Of a DNA stretch of 64,000 nt, positions 26,780 to 41,107 are shown piece by piece (the first letter of the stretch is position 1; every line of letters starts with the position of its first letter). The notes beneath the pieces were generated by a model. The model had not been told where the DNA came from. It searched no databases and saw only the letters and a program-made list of their open reading frames with translations. The position numbers and the translations under genes were made by a program. The DNA lies in contig RHPI01000777.1 of the NCBI GenBank assembly GCA_009103225.1, forward strand, positions 62,001-126,000, written 5' to 3'. Source of the stretch: Chlorokybus atmophyticus (taxonomy: Eukaryota; Plantae; Mesostigma and Chlorokybus algae).

Positions 26780-28299
26780 GCGGCGGCAGCGGCGGCGGCG
26801 GCAGCGGTGGTGGCGGTGGAGCTGTGGGCGGTCTTAGTCAGCTGAGAAAAGGGTATGGGGAGTGGTCCGCAACGCGGATTGCAGAGGTGGTGCCTGTAGC
26901 CTGGTGGGGTGCGGTGCGTCGCAAAACTGCTGCGCCTCCTGCCACAAAGGACGGACTGAGCAACACCCGCTGTGATGCGCCTCCTGCCAAAGATAGGGAG
27001 GACATGGAGGCAAAGGATGATGAAGACTTGCTCTTGAGGTAACCGCAGTCCCCGGTGCCAAGACCAGCAGTCTGACAGCATGGCGGTGCAGTGCAAGCGC
27101 GCTGCCTGTATTTGTCGCAACCCTTGTCAAAGCATTATCTCTGTCGCTAAACCTGTGTCGTCGCAATCGTGTGCAACTTGCACTGGTGTGTCCATTAAAC
27201 AACACACGATCGCACCTATAACCCTACTTATTTGCATGGCGGCATTTGCTGGCAGCAGTGATTGCACGTTGGAGTCGGACAGCTCGCTCTCATGCACAGA
27301 CTCGCCCTTCGCGTGCGCACGCAGCAACGCTAGCTCTTTAGCAAGTGAGTGTGCTCTACAGCTGTGATACTCGTTTCGGTCATTGCGTAGCTTCACCTAT
27401 GTCTGCAAGCTTGTTGCCATCATAGTCGTTCTCCTGCTGATCACAAGCACCTCTCTGTTGTGTAGTGCAGTGATTGATCTAGGTCATATGTTTTGTAGTA
27501 TATGCAAATTGGTGTTTTGCACAGGGGAGCGTAATATCTACTATCGGTTGTACTATTGCACTGACCAGCAGCCGCTGACATCGGTGCGAAGGGTCACTGT
27601 GAGGTTCCCCGACAAATACGACTATCAGCACATAATACGCGCGGTGGAGGTTGCGATCCTTGCAGAAGATGCCCGGCATCGTAAACGTACGCTGATTTGA
27701 ACAAACTTGAAGCATGTGAGCAGTACCCCAGCAGTGTTCTAGCAGCTCTGTGCGACTTGTTGCAGAAGTGTTTGACGTCTTGCTGCATCTGCTGGCACAA
27801 TGCAACAGGACACCTTGAACACCTCTGGAAGGCGGGTTTATTGTGGGATGGTTATCCAGCAGTCTTTATGTGAGTAGCCCTTGGCTTCTGCATTTCAAAA
27901 GTTCAGCTGTTGGTGCATTGGCTTTGGACAGCATTGTTCCGTGTGCAGGTGGTTCACACGGAATCACACATACCAGTATGTCAAGTGCGGTTTGCCATTT
28001 CCTGCCAGCGATGCGAGTGACCCTTTAGAGGCAACGGTTCCGCCTCCGGATGGTGAGTCCTGATTTTGTGTGGGTATACCGGCACTACCGGCATGTTGGT
28101 GCGGTTCGTTCTGATACACAACTCTGCTGCTCATGCAGGGTATGTGCCTGTCGAGCCATGGCCAAGAACGCATCTACTGCCCAGTTGGGTGACCAGGTTG
28201 TTTCATTCCGAAACAGAACAGGTGTACACTTGGCCCTGGTACATCGACCACTGGCAGAAATGCGTTGATCGCCCGGGAAGACCCATTGACAATGGCTGA
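26780..28299 (+). CDS. Hypothetical multi-exon protein
   Basis: Exons with GT-AG ends give ...VTVRFPDKYDYQHIIRAVEVAILAEDARH | GHLEHLWKAGLLWDGYPAVF | WFTRNHTYQYVKCGLPFP...PPD | GYVPVEPWPRTHLLPSWVTRLFH...RPIDNG-TGA. The 5' end is uncertain. Confidence 0.4.
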
Positions 28300-31200
28300 G
28301 CTGGCTCAGAACCACTGGGACATACTTCAACTGCGCAGCACTTCTGACTCATGCGAGTTCAGCTGTAAGCCACGGTGGTTGGGCACGCACGCTTCTCTGA
28401 GTTGAGCACCTGTCCGACGAGCTTGCAGACCACGAAGGTCTAATACGGCGCAGGCGTCTGAGAAGGCCTCTCTGGGTGAGCGTGAGGCGCACGAAGCTGA
28501 GGCAAGTGAAGTTGACGCAAGGGCTGAGCAGTGTGATGTAGTTGAGCAGTGTGGCTCGCTGTCTGACTGACTGCGGTGGGCTATTGACTGAGTGCGGTGT
28601 GCATCATGGGCTCAGTGGTAGCGAGCATAATGTGCAAGTGTACTAAAGCATTGTATATATGGGGTCTGCATGCAATAATCTGTGTTGTTACTATAGTCAT
28701 TCACACGACTTGACGCAATGTCACGTCATGTTGGCGCGGTGCCAAAGGCTGATATCATATTGGGCTCATGCAAGCTGCTTGCACATGGTAAGCACACGTA
28801 GCAGCATTTTCCAGCATTGCTTTGTTGAAAATATGGAAACTGCAGTCAATGCGCAGTGCGGAAACGTACGGGTAAGCACACACATAAACGCGCACACCCG
28901 TATGGACTGTTCGCTAGCTTATGTACGTGCTACCTCTGCTGCCTGACCAGCACTGCTTGTATTTCAAGGTGCACAACAATGCAGCGAAGCTAGCGTGAGC
29001 TTACCTGTTACTTGACGTTGCAGATATGGCAGATGCAGACAGCCACAACATCCGCGGCAAGACAGAAATGTCCGAACATGTTGTCGTGGTTGAAATCGTG
29101 CTGTGCGGTGGCATCTTGATGTTCCCATGATGCAGGATAATGCCAACGTGACTGAGTGCAATGAAATTTCAACAGGTTCTATTTGTGCGTGCGTGCGTGC
29201 GTACAGGATATGCTGGCAGTAGTTGGAGACATGCATGACCTCACTCACAGCATGCCAAACAGCATCATGCAAGCACATTACAACACAACCACCGGGCTAT
29301 ACACACAGTTTGTTCCTCACTACACTACACCAGTCTAGACCTCCCCGTTAGACATGCATACATGCGTATTGGTAGTGCTTGCATGCGACTGGCATGCGTG
29401 TGTGTATGCTTGTGCAGTGATAGGCAGGGATGACAGTACGTAGCTTGGTGTGACGGTGTTGCATACTAGTATATTCACATTAGTAGCGCAGTACCTGCCC
29501 ACACGGGCTCTCAGTTGGTGTTGGCAGAGGCAGCAGTAGCAGCAGCACAGCATGATGACTCCATCCCGTGTGCAACGTGCAGAATTCGGTAGTTTATTAT
29601 AGCCTACTAACCACATGCAACAAATTGTCACATGCAAAGTGTGTCTTTTTGCCATCTGAGGCATGGGATTGCAAACTGTTGTGGCAGTCCTAGAGCATGC
29701 TCTTAAGTTGTTGGATGGGGGTAGTAGCAGCATTGACAAGTCGACATAACTCGTTTTCGTCACCTTGTGAGCACATTATGCAAATACATTTCTAGGTGCA
29801 ACACTACAGAACTCACATATATGCATACAATGTGCATGTGTCACATGGGGGCTGTAGTTGCAAGTGATCGTGGCGGGTACAGTGATAGTGATTAAAGACA
29901 CCGATAAAGTCAGTGTTGATGCATGTACGTTCGATAGTTTATGCACTGCACACCGCATTAACTGCCAGGCATGTTTAACATGTATTAGCCACACTACCTG
30001 CATAGACCAACGGACGTTGAACTTTTCATACTCTTAACAGTGATGTATATCAGACAATACACTTGTGCCTCTATACATCTTCACACCATGCATTGCACTT
30101 GTCATGCTCCTGTGGAATGCCTCACATGGCGTTTTTAGAATTGTCCTATGTTGCCGTAAAGTTCACAAGCAGACCCTGCACATCAAAGAAAGTTATTTGC
30201 TGTCGTAGCAATTTGCCAGTAAGTGTTAACAACAAAACATACCTCGTTCACTTGTTTCACCATGTTCTTGTTGTTTTTGTCGGTGTCGTTGGCTTGTTGC
30301 ACGGCACGTAAGACGGGGCGCAATTCGCGGTGCAAGGTGTCCAGGCGCTTGTGCACGGTTGCCTCCATGCTTTTCATCATCTCAACAGCCTGCGTGCAAG
30401 GCCGTGTACACGTGAGCATGTTCGTGAGCATATGTGGCATACGCTAGTGCAGGATGCATGCACATGGCAGTCGTTGCCATGTGAGTTTCTCGCACACCTT
30501 CTCATCATCCCTTTCAACGAGGTTCTCGTTCGTCATGTTTGTCTTGGCTGGACGGCTCTCGAGTAAATGCCATAGCGGTGCAGCAGTGCGCGAACCACTT
30601 TATCAATATACTTCTCATGATTGTTGATATGGACTGCATTGCCTTGGCTTTCAGACGCCAACACCGCCACCGCCAACAGGGTGCCTGCAGATCAATGCTG
30701 TTTTTAGGTTCTTTTTCAAGTATTTGAGCCAAAGAGACACAGCGTCCCTATGCACACAGACATGCACACAAAGTGCAACAGCGCACTTTCGAGTGAGCGT
30801 GTCGATATTGCTTTGCCATCGATTACAAGCTTTGCCCAAGCGCTCTCGGTGTCCGCTTCAAACATCTCCTTGTTATAGGTTTGCGCTGCAATGGATGCCA
30901 GCATTGCTGAATTGTCCAGTGCACCCCACTTTGCAACCCACTCTTGCAAACAACAAAATAATGCATGGTTCGACAGATACACCCTGTCAGTTATCACACA
31001 ATATATGCAGGAATGAGTGATACAACATGCAATGAGCCAGCAATAGAACACACAAATCTAACATATAACACCCAATGAATACGTACTTGAAGCCATCAAC
31101 TCTTGCCCAATGCAGCAGAGTCTTTGTAAAGTCCACGAGTATAGCAGCAATCTTTGCATTCAACGTGGCCACCTTCTTGGTATCCCGAAAGAATAAGCCC

Positions 31201-33919
31201 AAAAACGCACAAGGAGTCAACAATCAGTGCACTGCATCAAACCGTGCAGAATATGCACGCGCGCTCACACCCCTGCTGCGTCGCTAATTGCAGTCTTCCA
31301 GTACCTTCAGAACGGCGTCAAAAGCCGCAAAAATGATAGGGAGCAGGAAGTTTATTAAGGTCAGGTACACCTGTGTGGTTGGTGCAGGGTGCAGAGGGTA
31401 AGAGTGAGCGTGAGTGTGTTTATGTTGAGGAACCCACAACCCACAGAGGTATATTAGTAGAAAGCAGCTACCACGTCAGGTAACCCAACGCTCTGCGTTA
31501 TGCACGCACCACAATGATGAAGCTTTAAATAAACACCATGCCGATTGCAAACTGCCGTATAGGTCCTGCAATCGGTCGCTGATCTGTGCACAAGAGACGC
31601 ATGACTGTGTGCACGTGTGTGTCTTTCTGCATTGGTAAATGTTTCTATTTATGACGACATCTGCACCAGTGCACCTGCGCATGCATGTTTGAGTCACCTC
31701 GATGCGGCCGACAAGCATCGTGAGGCAGGTGACACAGGAATCCCAGAACTCGAAGAATCGGAGGAGGGATTTGCCGAAGGCAAAGAACGCAAGGAAGGCG
31801 TAGTGTAGTATAACAATGGACGCGAGCAGAAAGAAGTGGAAGAGCTCATCCCCCGCGCGGGACAACGTCGTCATTAGCAATCCCAGGCGCTTTGGGAAGT
31901 CGCACATCTGCAGTACCCTCAGCAACATGAGTATGATGCTGTGACATATATGAAACAATAGATAAATAACAAGTTTAAAAATACATCGCATGCAAGTTTG
32001 TGCGGGATGTCTGTGCATACGCGGGAATGCACAATACCCCACCCCACTACGTGCTTACTTAAAGCCGATGACAAACACGTATGAGCTTTGGAGGTTGGAC
32101 ATGGCATCACAGTGCCCAGAAACTGTGCGTGCACAAATTGAATGAGTTGCACATTGTTAGGACTGCTGCTGTTGCATTAATGCCATACCTGCTCATAATC
32201 ATTAAGGCCTTGCCCGTTGCTGTAAAGACGCGCTGCGCGCACCAAAAATGTGTTGGACATGTAAAACTCCGGGTTGTAAACGTTGTACTTGAGGTTGGGG
32301 TTAAACGTTGCCGCATACTGTAACGCATATACAATCTTGCAATGGGACAGTGTACAAATCTACTTGGACACGTGCACGCGCAGATGCACACGCACCCGCA
32401 CAATCACTCATGTCTGCGGGTGCAACCTTACCACAAGAGTGCAGCAGTTACCATGCCGCATTAGATATACGCAGTATCAAACAGATTCTTGCCAGTAACA
32501 ACTGTGAGAATAATCATGTTACACTTGGGTGCGTAGGCGCTCGCGCACAAGCAACACGGTTATTACCAACTTCTCTTCATCTAAACCTACCAACAGGAGG
32601 TCAGATGTAAGTCAAATGTAAAGTGGCAACGATAACGCCTCCTTCACCTCCGACACTGCCGACCACGCGACGCCCGCAATGACAACCAACTGCAAGTTTG
32701 GACAAGTTCAGCACCTAATACACATATACATGCACGCATGCACGAACACATACCTTAAGCACGAAACTGAACCAATCGTCAATGTCTTCATATACTTAAC
32801 CGTTGAGGACCTGAATCTTGTACTTGAGATCGATGACGCCGGGGATGAATGCGAACGTCATGCGCAGCCATGCGAACATCTGCGACTGCTTATTGTAGGT
32901 TATTGCTTGGAAGAGCACCACCTTTGTATGGACATAAAAAAAACCGCCCATCATCTAAGAATGTGAGCATGTCAGCCGAGCGATTTGCATTTAAGTCAAT
33001 GTTAAAAAAGAACGGGAACCCCAAGCGAAACGCATATACGCCTGACTGGTTTGCAGCAAGTGCAATCAATCCGTAGGGAGTTCCGTAAATATTCACCTTT
33101 ATGAGAAGAGAAGGGAGTGTTGCATGCTTGCATGGGTGCATGCATTTTCTGTCAGTGCAAGCAGCTCACATGAGCTGCTTACATGGATGCACCTACCTCT
33201 GGCGACAAATTGTAGTTGGCACCAAAGTGTGTTGGCGCGGTTGCATCGAACAGATTCAACTCCTGCAAGAATACTGGGTCCTTACCATTTGGGTCCCGAG
33301 ACGTTGTAGCATCCGATCAACCCACGGCTGCTGCCAACTCATCGAACCTGCAATCGCAATCCCTCATGTTGCTGATGACGATGATACCGACAATGATGAA
33401 ACAGCATTATTAGCTGCACGACCGTACCGGTCGTTGCTGCAGTTGCCGGGAATTCGGCGATGCTGGCGAATGATGATACCGCCCAGTACCTACGTGAAAG
33501 CACGAGTGTCATGATGTCTGTTTGTGTGTCGCTGCACATACCTGTACGTGCACCAACTTAAAACACATGCGTTGCATGCATGTATAGACAAATACCTGTT
33601 GCGGGATGCGATGCTTCGGTGCCTAAGCTGTGCGGTGATGATATGCGTATTTTATGAGGACGCGGAAGTCCCAGCGGAGTATTGTTGCAGCTGCTGCTGC
33701 TGGACGTACTGTTGCCGTAGCATCAACCTTTCCAATTGCTCAGCGGTGGGGGCACCAACCGTGAAGGAGTACCCATTCGAATGGCTTGGCTGACAGCATA
33801 AATCTGCAAGCATACAAGCACACACGCAAATACAGTGCGCGCGCGAGTAAGAGGGTCATTGACGTCAACATCTTTATGCAACAGCAATAGCGACATGTGT
33901 GCAGTGGTAATGCTAAATA

Positions 33920-34410
33920 TAGTCTACCCTCGATGTAGTGACCACGAATGTCTGGAGGCATTTTGTCACTATACGGAGGTGTTGTTCCTGCAATGTAGTG
34001 ACAGACGGTCACTATAACACATTAATGCTAAGTAATGACCATTTGTCATTGCAACGAGGGATTCATTACTTAAAAACACAAATATTTAATATACAAAAAG
34101 TAAGATATGCGTTCATCAAGAGCCGGACATCTCTATGGACTAACAATTGAGCATCACATCGAAGTGTTCATGCCATTCCATGTAGCGACAACTAGTCACT
34201 ACAACGAGGTTTTATAAACCCTAATCAGTGCATTTCATATTTATTGCCCTCGTTATAGTGACGCTCTCTACTAGCACCGATTGTCCTTATAGGGAGTGTG
34301 ATAGTCATTACAAAGGTGGAAATTTGCCTCATGTAAAACGGTTATTCAGTGTTTTGTCACTACTAAGAGGGTGTCGTAAGAAAGAGTGTCATTATAGCGA
34401 GGGTAGACTG
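33920..34410. mobile_element. Tc1/mariner (pogo/Tigger-like) MITE, 491 bp
   Basis: About 23-bp TIRs (c/t)AGTCTACCCTCG.T.TA.TGAC at 33920-33942 and 34388-34410, flanked by TA (33918-33919) and CA (34411-34412; probably a mutated TA). About 10 internal copies of GTCAYTAYAACGAGG-like motifs occur in both orientations. Confidence 0.75.
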
Positions 34411-34665
34411 CATTATAAACATATGACACTGGAATTTCTGTTGTCGCGGTACAGTCTAGAAGCAACGGGACTTCCTGGCAGCAGTCGCCCATGTCGTACT
34501 CGCAGCCTTCGCTTTGGCACTCATCGCTACAATAGCCGTTACCTTGCCACAGCCTTCAGGCCGCTACGATCGGGCACAAATTGCTCCGGATCGACGCCGC
34601 GGTATGCTAGCAGGAAAATGCAAGCGTATGAGTGATTATCTAGAAATATTGTAATACAGCATGTT

Positions 34666-34884
34666 GATACGGGACATTTGAGAGTGAGAGTGAGCATGAG
34701 CAAGAGTGACTGCGGCAGCAAGTGGTGACGAATGTGCAAGTTTTGTTATTGCGAGTGCTTGAAGTGCAACGATACGGGACGTTTGAGAGTGAGAGTGAGA
34801 GTGAGCATGAGCAAGAGTGACTGCTGCAGCAAGTGGTGACGAATGTGCAAGTTTTGATGTCATTGCGAGTGCTTGAAGTGCAAC
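34666..34884. repeat. Tandem duplication, units of 105 and 114 bp
   Basis: gatacgggac.tttgagagtgagagt...gcttgaagtgcaac occurs twice head-to-tail (34666-34770 and 34771-34884). Confidence 0.9.
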
Positions 34885-36225
34885 GAGAAGTGAAGCAAAT
34901 CTGAATAATAGCAAGATACATGGTGCTGATCACGCAACAACAACATGTACCATGTGGGCTGGATGGGATGTAACTCTAATCTTGACTGAAGCTGGCATAG
35001 TCATACCCGCAAAGCACCATGCTTGCATACGCGCTTTCTGCCCAATGCGAGTTGTTGAAGAACAAACTCTTGTAAAACGTGTCTTCATTCAGGTTCAGCG
35101 CCTCCACATACTTATACCAATACAGCACATGCAGTGTGTGCACATGAACATGCGCGCAATTGTGCAAACGTATGTCACTTGTCTTGTGTGTGAGAAGCCG
35201 CGGCAGAAAGTAAAAACTAGAAGCGTAGGTCCTCACTCACCCTGACGTTGAGGTAAGAGCCATACTGAAACACAGAGTCCGTCTTTAACTGGTTGGTATG
35301 GTTTCAGTACAGGTTGCACAAGTTGATCGCTGTTTTATTGCGCAGCACCGGTCGTACACACTGTCAAGCAGGGCATAGTCGGTTGACTCCTCGTAGTTTT
35401 GTGCAGCTGGTGTCAACCCCAGCGGACATGAGAAGAATAGCGCCCGCACCCACTCACAGGCCTATCGCGCACCACTCAGCATCATAATAATCATTACAGT
35501 CGTCACACGCACACGCATAACGCATGCATATTCACGGCGTTCACCTTTTCACAGCGGGTGACATTTTGTCGGCAGTACATCCAGCTCTGGAGAGTGTTGT
35601 AGCCGTTGCTCGTATAGTTGCTAAACAGTGTCCGTCGCAAGTCCTCCGTGATTGACAGCTGATCGGAACCAGTCACGCTGGGCGCCGATGCCCACTTCAA
35701 TGGCGTGCTATTGCACGTATGCCCAAGTTATGTTATAAGCATGCCGGACACTCTCACAACAACGAAGCTGCCCCCCCCCCTCTTGTCCCTCTGCACACGC
35801 AAGTTGTGCAAACACAGCATACCGAGTCACATTGCCGTTGAGCAGATGAGTTTCCACTGCCGTGTTGTACCCTGAGACCAAGCGCAACTGTAACTCGACT
35901 GACCTGTTGCTTCCCGACACGCACACATGTATATTAGTTCCTGCACATCAACTCTGACCAGTTAGCTTGAAATCGGTGTCATTCATGGGCAGATGCTCAA
36001 TTGAGCCCTTGACGCCGCCCCCTTGTGCGTTCAGGCATAACTCATAGTTGCCTCCCGATCTGAAGATTGTCGTGCGCTGGAGGCCCGCATTGCCAGAAAA
36101 GTTCATCCACTTGCCGTCACCTACGCGGCGGGCACACACATGAATGGGTCGGGTGGGATGAATCAGCAAACACCACGTACCAGCATGTGTCCCAGGCACT
36201 AGGACGATGACACGACCCTGGGGGG

Positions 36226-36514
<289 letters not shown>

Positions 36515-39500
36515 GGGTTGCTTTATGCTCTTCCATGTTGTTGCATAACAGACGGCATACTAGTTCACGTGGCAAGACACGCGTACCTTGTGGGCAGATG
36601 TTCCATGTGACGGTTGATAGTACCGTATTGTGGAAGGTGTCCACAAGTTGACCTGCATGAGTTATTGGGGGTGGGGGTGGGGAGCTGTCGGGGCCCCGAT
36701 GCCACACTTGTAAAAAGCAGCGCTGCCACACTGACACAACCACCTCGACTTTCGTGACAATTGCATCCCATCCACAGTCTTGTGGATAATAGAAGCGGCC
36801 TGCGTGTTGGCGATGGCACATGTGGTAACATGTGTGTCATGATGCCAATTGGTGCAAGCGGATGCGCATTAGCACGAATGTACCGACACCTGGCTTCTCA
36901 ACGGGGGACATGCACTCGCCGTCACCGCAATGCGGGTCTGTCCGTATCCCCTCAACTGTGATGTCGAGCCTGCACATGCGCATGTGCCTGAGTACATGTC
37001 CTGCCAACATGTTAGGCAACACACGGCCAACATGCACATACCCTCACGAGGTCATCACAGCAGCTGCGTCTTTCATCTCTGTTTTGATATTGTTGTTCTC
37101 GGTGGGGAGGATTGTCTTGATTGCGCGTGTCACTTGGTATGCGTCCGCTGGATCCCTGCGTGTGTGCATGCGCATGTGTGTGCGAGTGCGTGTGTGGTGT
37201 CAGGAGGAAAGGNCATCGGCGAGTACTTCCAGGGCGTGCGCACGCATTCGTGTGTGTGTGTGTGCGCACGTGTGTCGTACATCCCACAACGTGTCTATCA
37301 AACCATTGCATAAAGAGGACGAGCATGTAGATGCTCATAAACAGGATGAAAGAAAAGAGGTGGCGGTATGGCTGCTTATGGCTGTCCCACGCAGCGTAAT
37401 GCTCGTACAGCTTGCGAATCACCGATTCATCATGCGCCTGACAGAGATAGACAAAAAAGTTGCTGTCACACGCTACCGTCTGCATGTGCGCGTGTGCATG
37501 CGCTTGCATGTGTTGTGGTGGTGGTGGTGCGGGNNNNGGGAGGCGCATGTGTGTATGTGTGCATCTATACGGACCAGCTGCGACCAAAGGAACGATTCGG
37601 TCCGATCGGAGCCATCTTCCTTGTGCTGCTTGTCGCCATTGCTGCCATAGCTGAAGTTGCGGTTGTCAACATGGTCCTCGTCGACCATGCGCTGCCAACG
37701 CCTCCCTTTGCCGCTTCCTGCACGCACATATTCCCTCAACGACAACAATAACAGCAACATCACTGGCAAGATATCCAACAACAATAACAGCAGAGCCCGT
37801 CCCTTGCATACTTCTCTCTGCAGGTCTCACCTTTGTAGGCCTTTTAAGCTGGACTGTCCTCAGGAATCGGCTCCATGATGCTCATCTTCTTCTTGTTGTT
37901 GTTGTCAACAAAAAAGAAGCTGAGCTACTTCAGGCCCTACTCTACTGAGTGTGCACATGCACAGGTGCTGCAACCCAACCACAACAGGCACCAACTCCCT
38001 CCCCCTCCCCCTCCCCCTGCCCCCAAACATACACAAACAAATGCGTACTAGCCAGCAGCTGTTTTAGTATTCGCACGCAAATGACGCAATCGACTCGGAC
38101 TAAGGAACAATCGTCGTCCTCGAGTCGATGCCGATCAGATGCGGGAGAAAAGTTAACCAACGACAATGTGTACAAAATCTACACATCAGCCACTAAAAGC
38201 TTGGGAAACTTGAGATACATGACCACACATTGCGTTGCAAAGACTGCTGCAAGCTGCGGCTTGACTTTTTAGGGCAGTTTGTATGACCGTGAAGGTAGTC
38301 TTGTCAGCTGTTAGCGAATGACGCAGCTTGCGTTGCACAGCAACATGAGTTCTGAGAGTGACATGACAGGTGAAAGCGCGCTGTTTAGTACAAAATGTAG
38401 GACAACAGTGCAATGCAGCTTGACAATGCGCATTCGTGCATTATGCTGCAAGGAACCCACACAAGATTCTCGTGAACCTCCTAATCTATGCTTTGTACCT
38501 GTCAGATGACACCACTATGCATGCGTGTGTGGCTGTGTGCGCGCAGCTAAGCGGTTGCAACGGCATGCCAGTGCTCCTCTGGCCAATGGCAAGAGGCACT
38601 GGCAAGCCGTGGCAGGTTATGTGCACACAGAGGAATGCAGGAAGCTTCTGAAATGGGTGTTGCTTGCAATTTAAAGCATTATGTGTGTACAGCTAATGCA
38701 CACCATGTCAGTTAATATTCGTTCTTAAAGCATTGCATTACGAGGTTTGTCACGTCAACAAGCACCCTGCGCCTTGCATGCTGCATTGTAAGCTCCGCCA
38801 ATGAGAGATGAAACAGTAGAAGTGCAGCCATGAGAGGAACAGCTAGCGCCTTTTTCACATGGCTAAATTAAACACATATACACAGGAGGAACAACAACAA
38901 CCCACAAGCAACTCGTTGTTAGCCTTGAAACGATTGTACTCAAGTGTTAGCCAAAATTCCAGTTCACGTGCACATCATGAACTTCACAAGAGCACGAGGC
39001 TACAGCTGAGAGCGAACAACAACAAGGCAGCAAACAACCGCCTCAAACCTCAATCGGCAAGAAAGCGCTACGCTACAGATAGCAAGCACTCTCGCCAGCT
39101 GACAGGCGCTACCCAAACAGATGGGAAAGCTTATGCCAACACAGCTCTAGGTAGCATGCATGGGCCCACAGAGTGCATGCTGGCAGTGCGGCGCCTAGCC
39201 GCCGCCGCCAGTAAGCAATAGCTGTCTGCTGCTGCTGCTGCTGCTGTCGTTGTCATTGTTGTCGTTGTTAACAGCGTTACCCTAGCTGGGCGACGCCATC
39301 CGCAACTGGAGGAGAGCTCTCGGCTACCAGTGCGCTAACTTGGCCACTGGTAACAGCCCAAGGGTTGCCAACTTGCCTCCAATGGTCCTCCCTCGCATTG
39401 CATGGCTTGTTAGCATTGTGGGAGCCACAGCTGTTGCATGTGTGAGTTCTATGATGTAGTAGTCAGTTGTGGGCCTCAATTGCTACCCTGCTGATTTGCC

Positions 39501-40899
39501 AATGCCAAGCGACAAGCGGCATCTTCCTCGGCAATGTGGGGTTGTGCAGGATATAATTGTAGGGGTAATGTGCACATACACACATTGTATGCAAATACAT
39601 AAATATGTCATGCTGCGAACCCAGCCACAAATCCACAGATGTCATTGTCGTGCTTATCACCCATGAGATTAACGGGCTCCGAGCTGATCTACTCATCAAT
39701 ATTTGTACCGCTACAAGGTAGCGGGCCCCTGTGATATGTGCATGTGTGTGCTCAATGTAAATCAACTATGTCATGGTTTACGTGGCCACTTCAACTCAAC
39801 TCAGCTTGGTGAAGGGGTGGCATTGTGCCTCAAGGTGGCATGATTTCCGCAGCAGCATTCTAGAGGGGAGGGGGCTGATGCTGTCGTGCACTTTTTTGGC
39901 GCAGACTGGTCAGTGGAGTGTTTGATACTGTTTTAATAACAATGCAATGCAACATTTTGTGTGCACGTTGGGAGTGGAAACCACACCGACATGCACATGA
40001 TAGCACACGCAAGCCATTGCAGTGCTCTGGGGCAGCACATGTTACGTAAACGCAAAGCTAACAATAGGTCATACAACACAATAGTTTGATTGCAAGCAAC
40101 CAATACCCACACGCATTCATGCCACTTCAAGAGCAAAACAAAACGCCAACTTGTTCTAACCAAAGTCACAAGCCAGTGACTTTTGTATATTTCTTGCATA
40201 ATGCTACGCGCGTTGCGAATGCGACCTCACTCGTCACGTGCACTCAGCATGTTGTTGCGCTGCTAGGCATATGGTTGTTGCCATACAAAGTCACAGACAA
40301 GGACCCGCGCGCACGCGCATAGTTAACAAACATCAGCCTACAATCAAGTGCAGCTACAACCCGGTTCAACCGAGTTGTTTTTTCATTCCGCAGCGTCACC
40401 AATTAGCAATGCCACCACCAACCTGCCTGCGGTGATGCTATCGCGGACACCACACATCATACACACACATCATGCTGCATACATGTGTGTTGGTCGCGAT
40501 GTTCGCAAGGAAGCACACCACCGTAGCGTCCACCTTATGTGCATGACACGCATAGTTGACACAATAAGCAAGTGAATTCATCTTTACATCTCACAACAAG
40601 AAACAGAAGCGCAGTAATGATAAATTTTTGCAAATTGCGACAAGCGACGGAGAACCTAACAGGCACTTCCAGCGCTAGTAGCGTGGTTAGTAAACTTGCC
40701 GTGCAAGGCAAGAGTACGGCAACAGCTAGCATGCATGAGGAAAAGCGACTTGCAAACATTGCACGAAGTAAAGCACACATATATATGATAAGCATACTCA
40801 ACCGAAAGCTAACAACAACAATGCTTCAGCAGGCGTCAACCGCATGCGAAGCTGCATTTGAGGAATGCTACTCACGGCGTTGCAGGCACCTGCATGTTA

Positions 40900-41065
40900 T
40901 TCGGGCCAAATCAGCCACAACAGGTAGCTGAGCTTAAGAAGCGCTGCGACCACCTCTACAACCTCGCCACTGCCGCCGCTAACGCCGTTGGTACCATACA
41001 TGTCACATGTGTCTCGCATGGCATTCCGCAAAACATTGGTGGAAGCTGTCCCCCCCGCCCGACCT

Positions 41066-41107
<42 letters not shown>

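Noticed and set aside
16400-29600. A lar gene cluster (larA/larB/larE) around larC
   Set aside because: I found no LarB (GTSD, AGMEGALPS) or LarE (SGGVDS, SRIPYG) motifs in the neighbouring frames; only larC is supported in this window.
33920-34884. CRISPR-like array (repeated 15-bp motif; tandem 105/114-bp units)
   Set aside because: Motifs occur in both orientations with irregular spacing inside a MITE, the tandem units have no unique spacers, there are no cas genes, and the context is eukaryotic.
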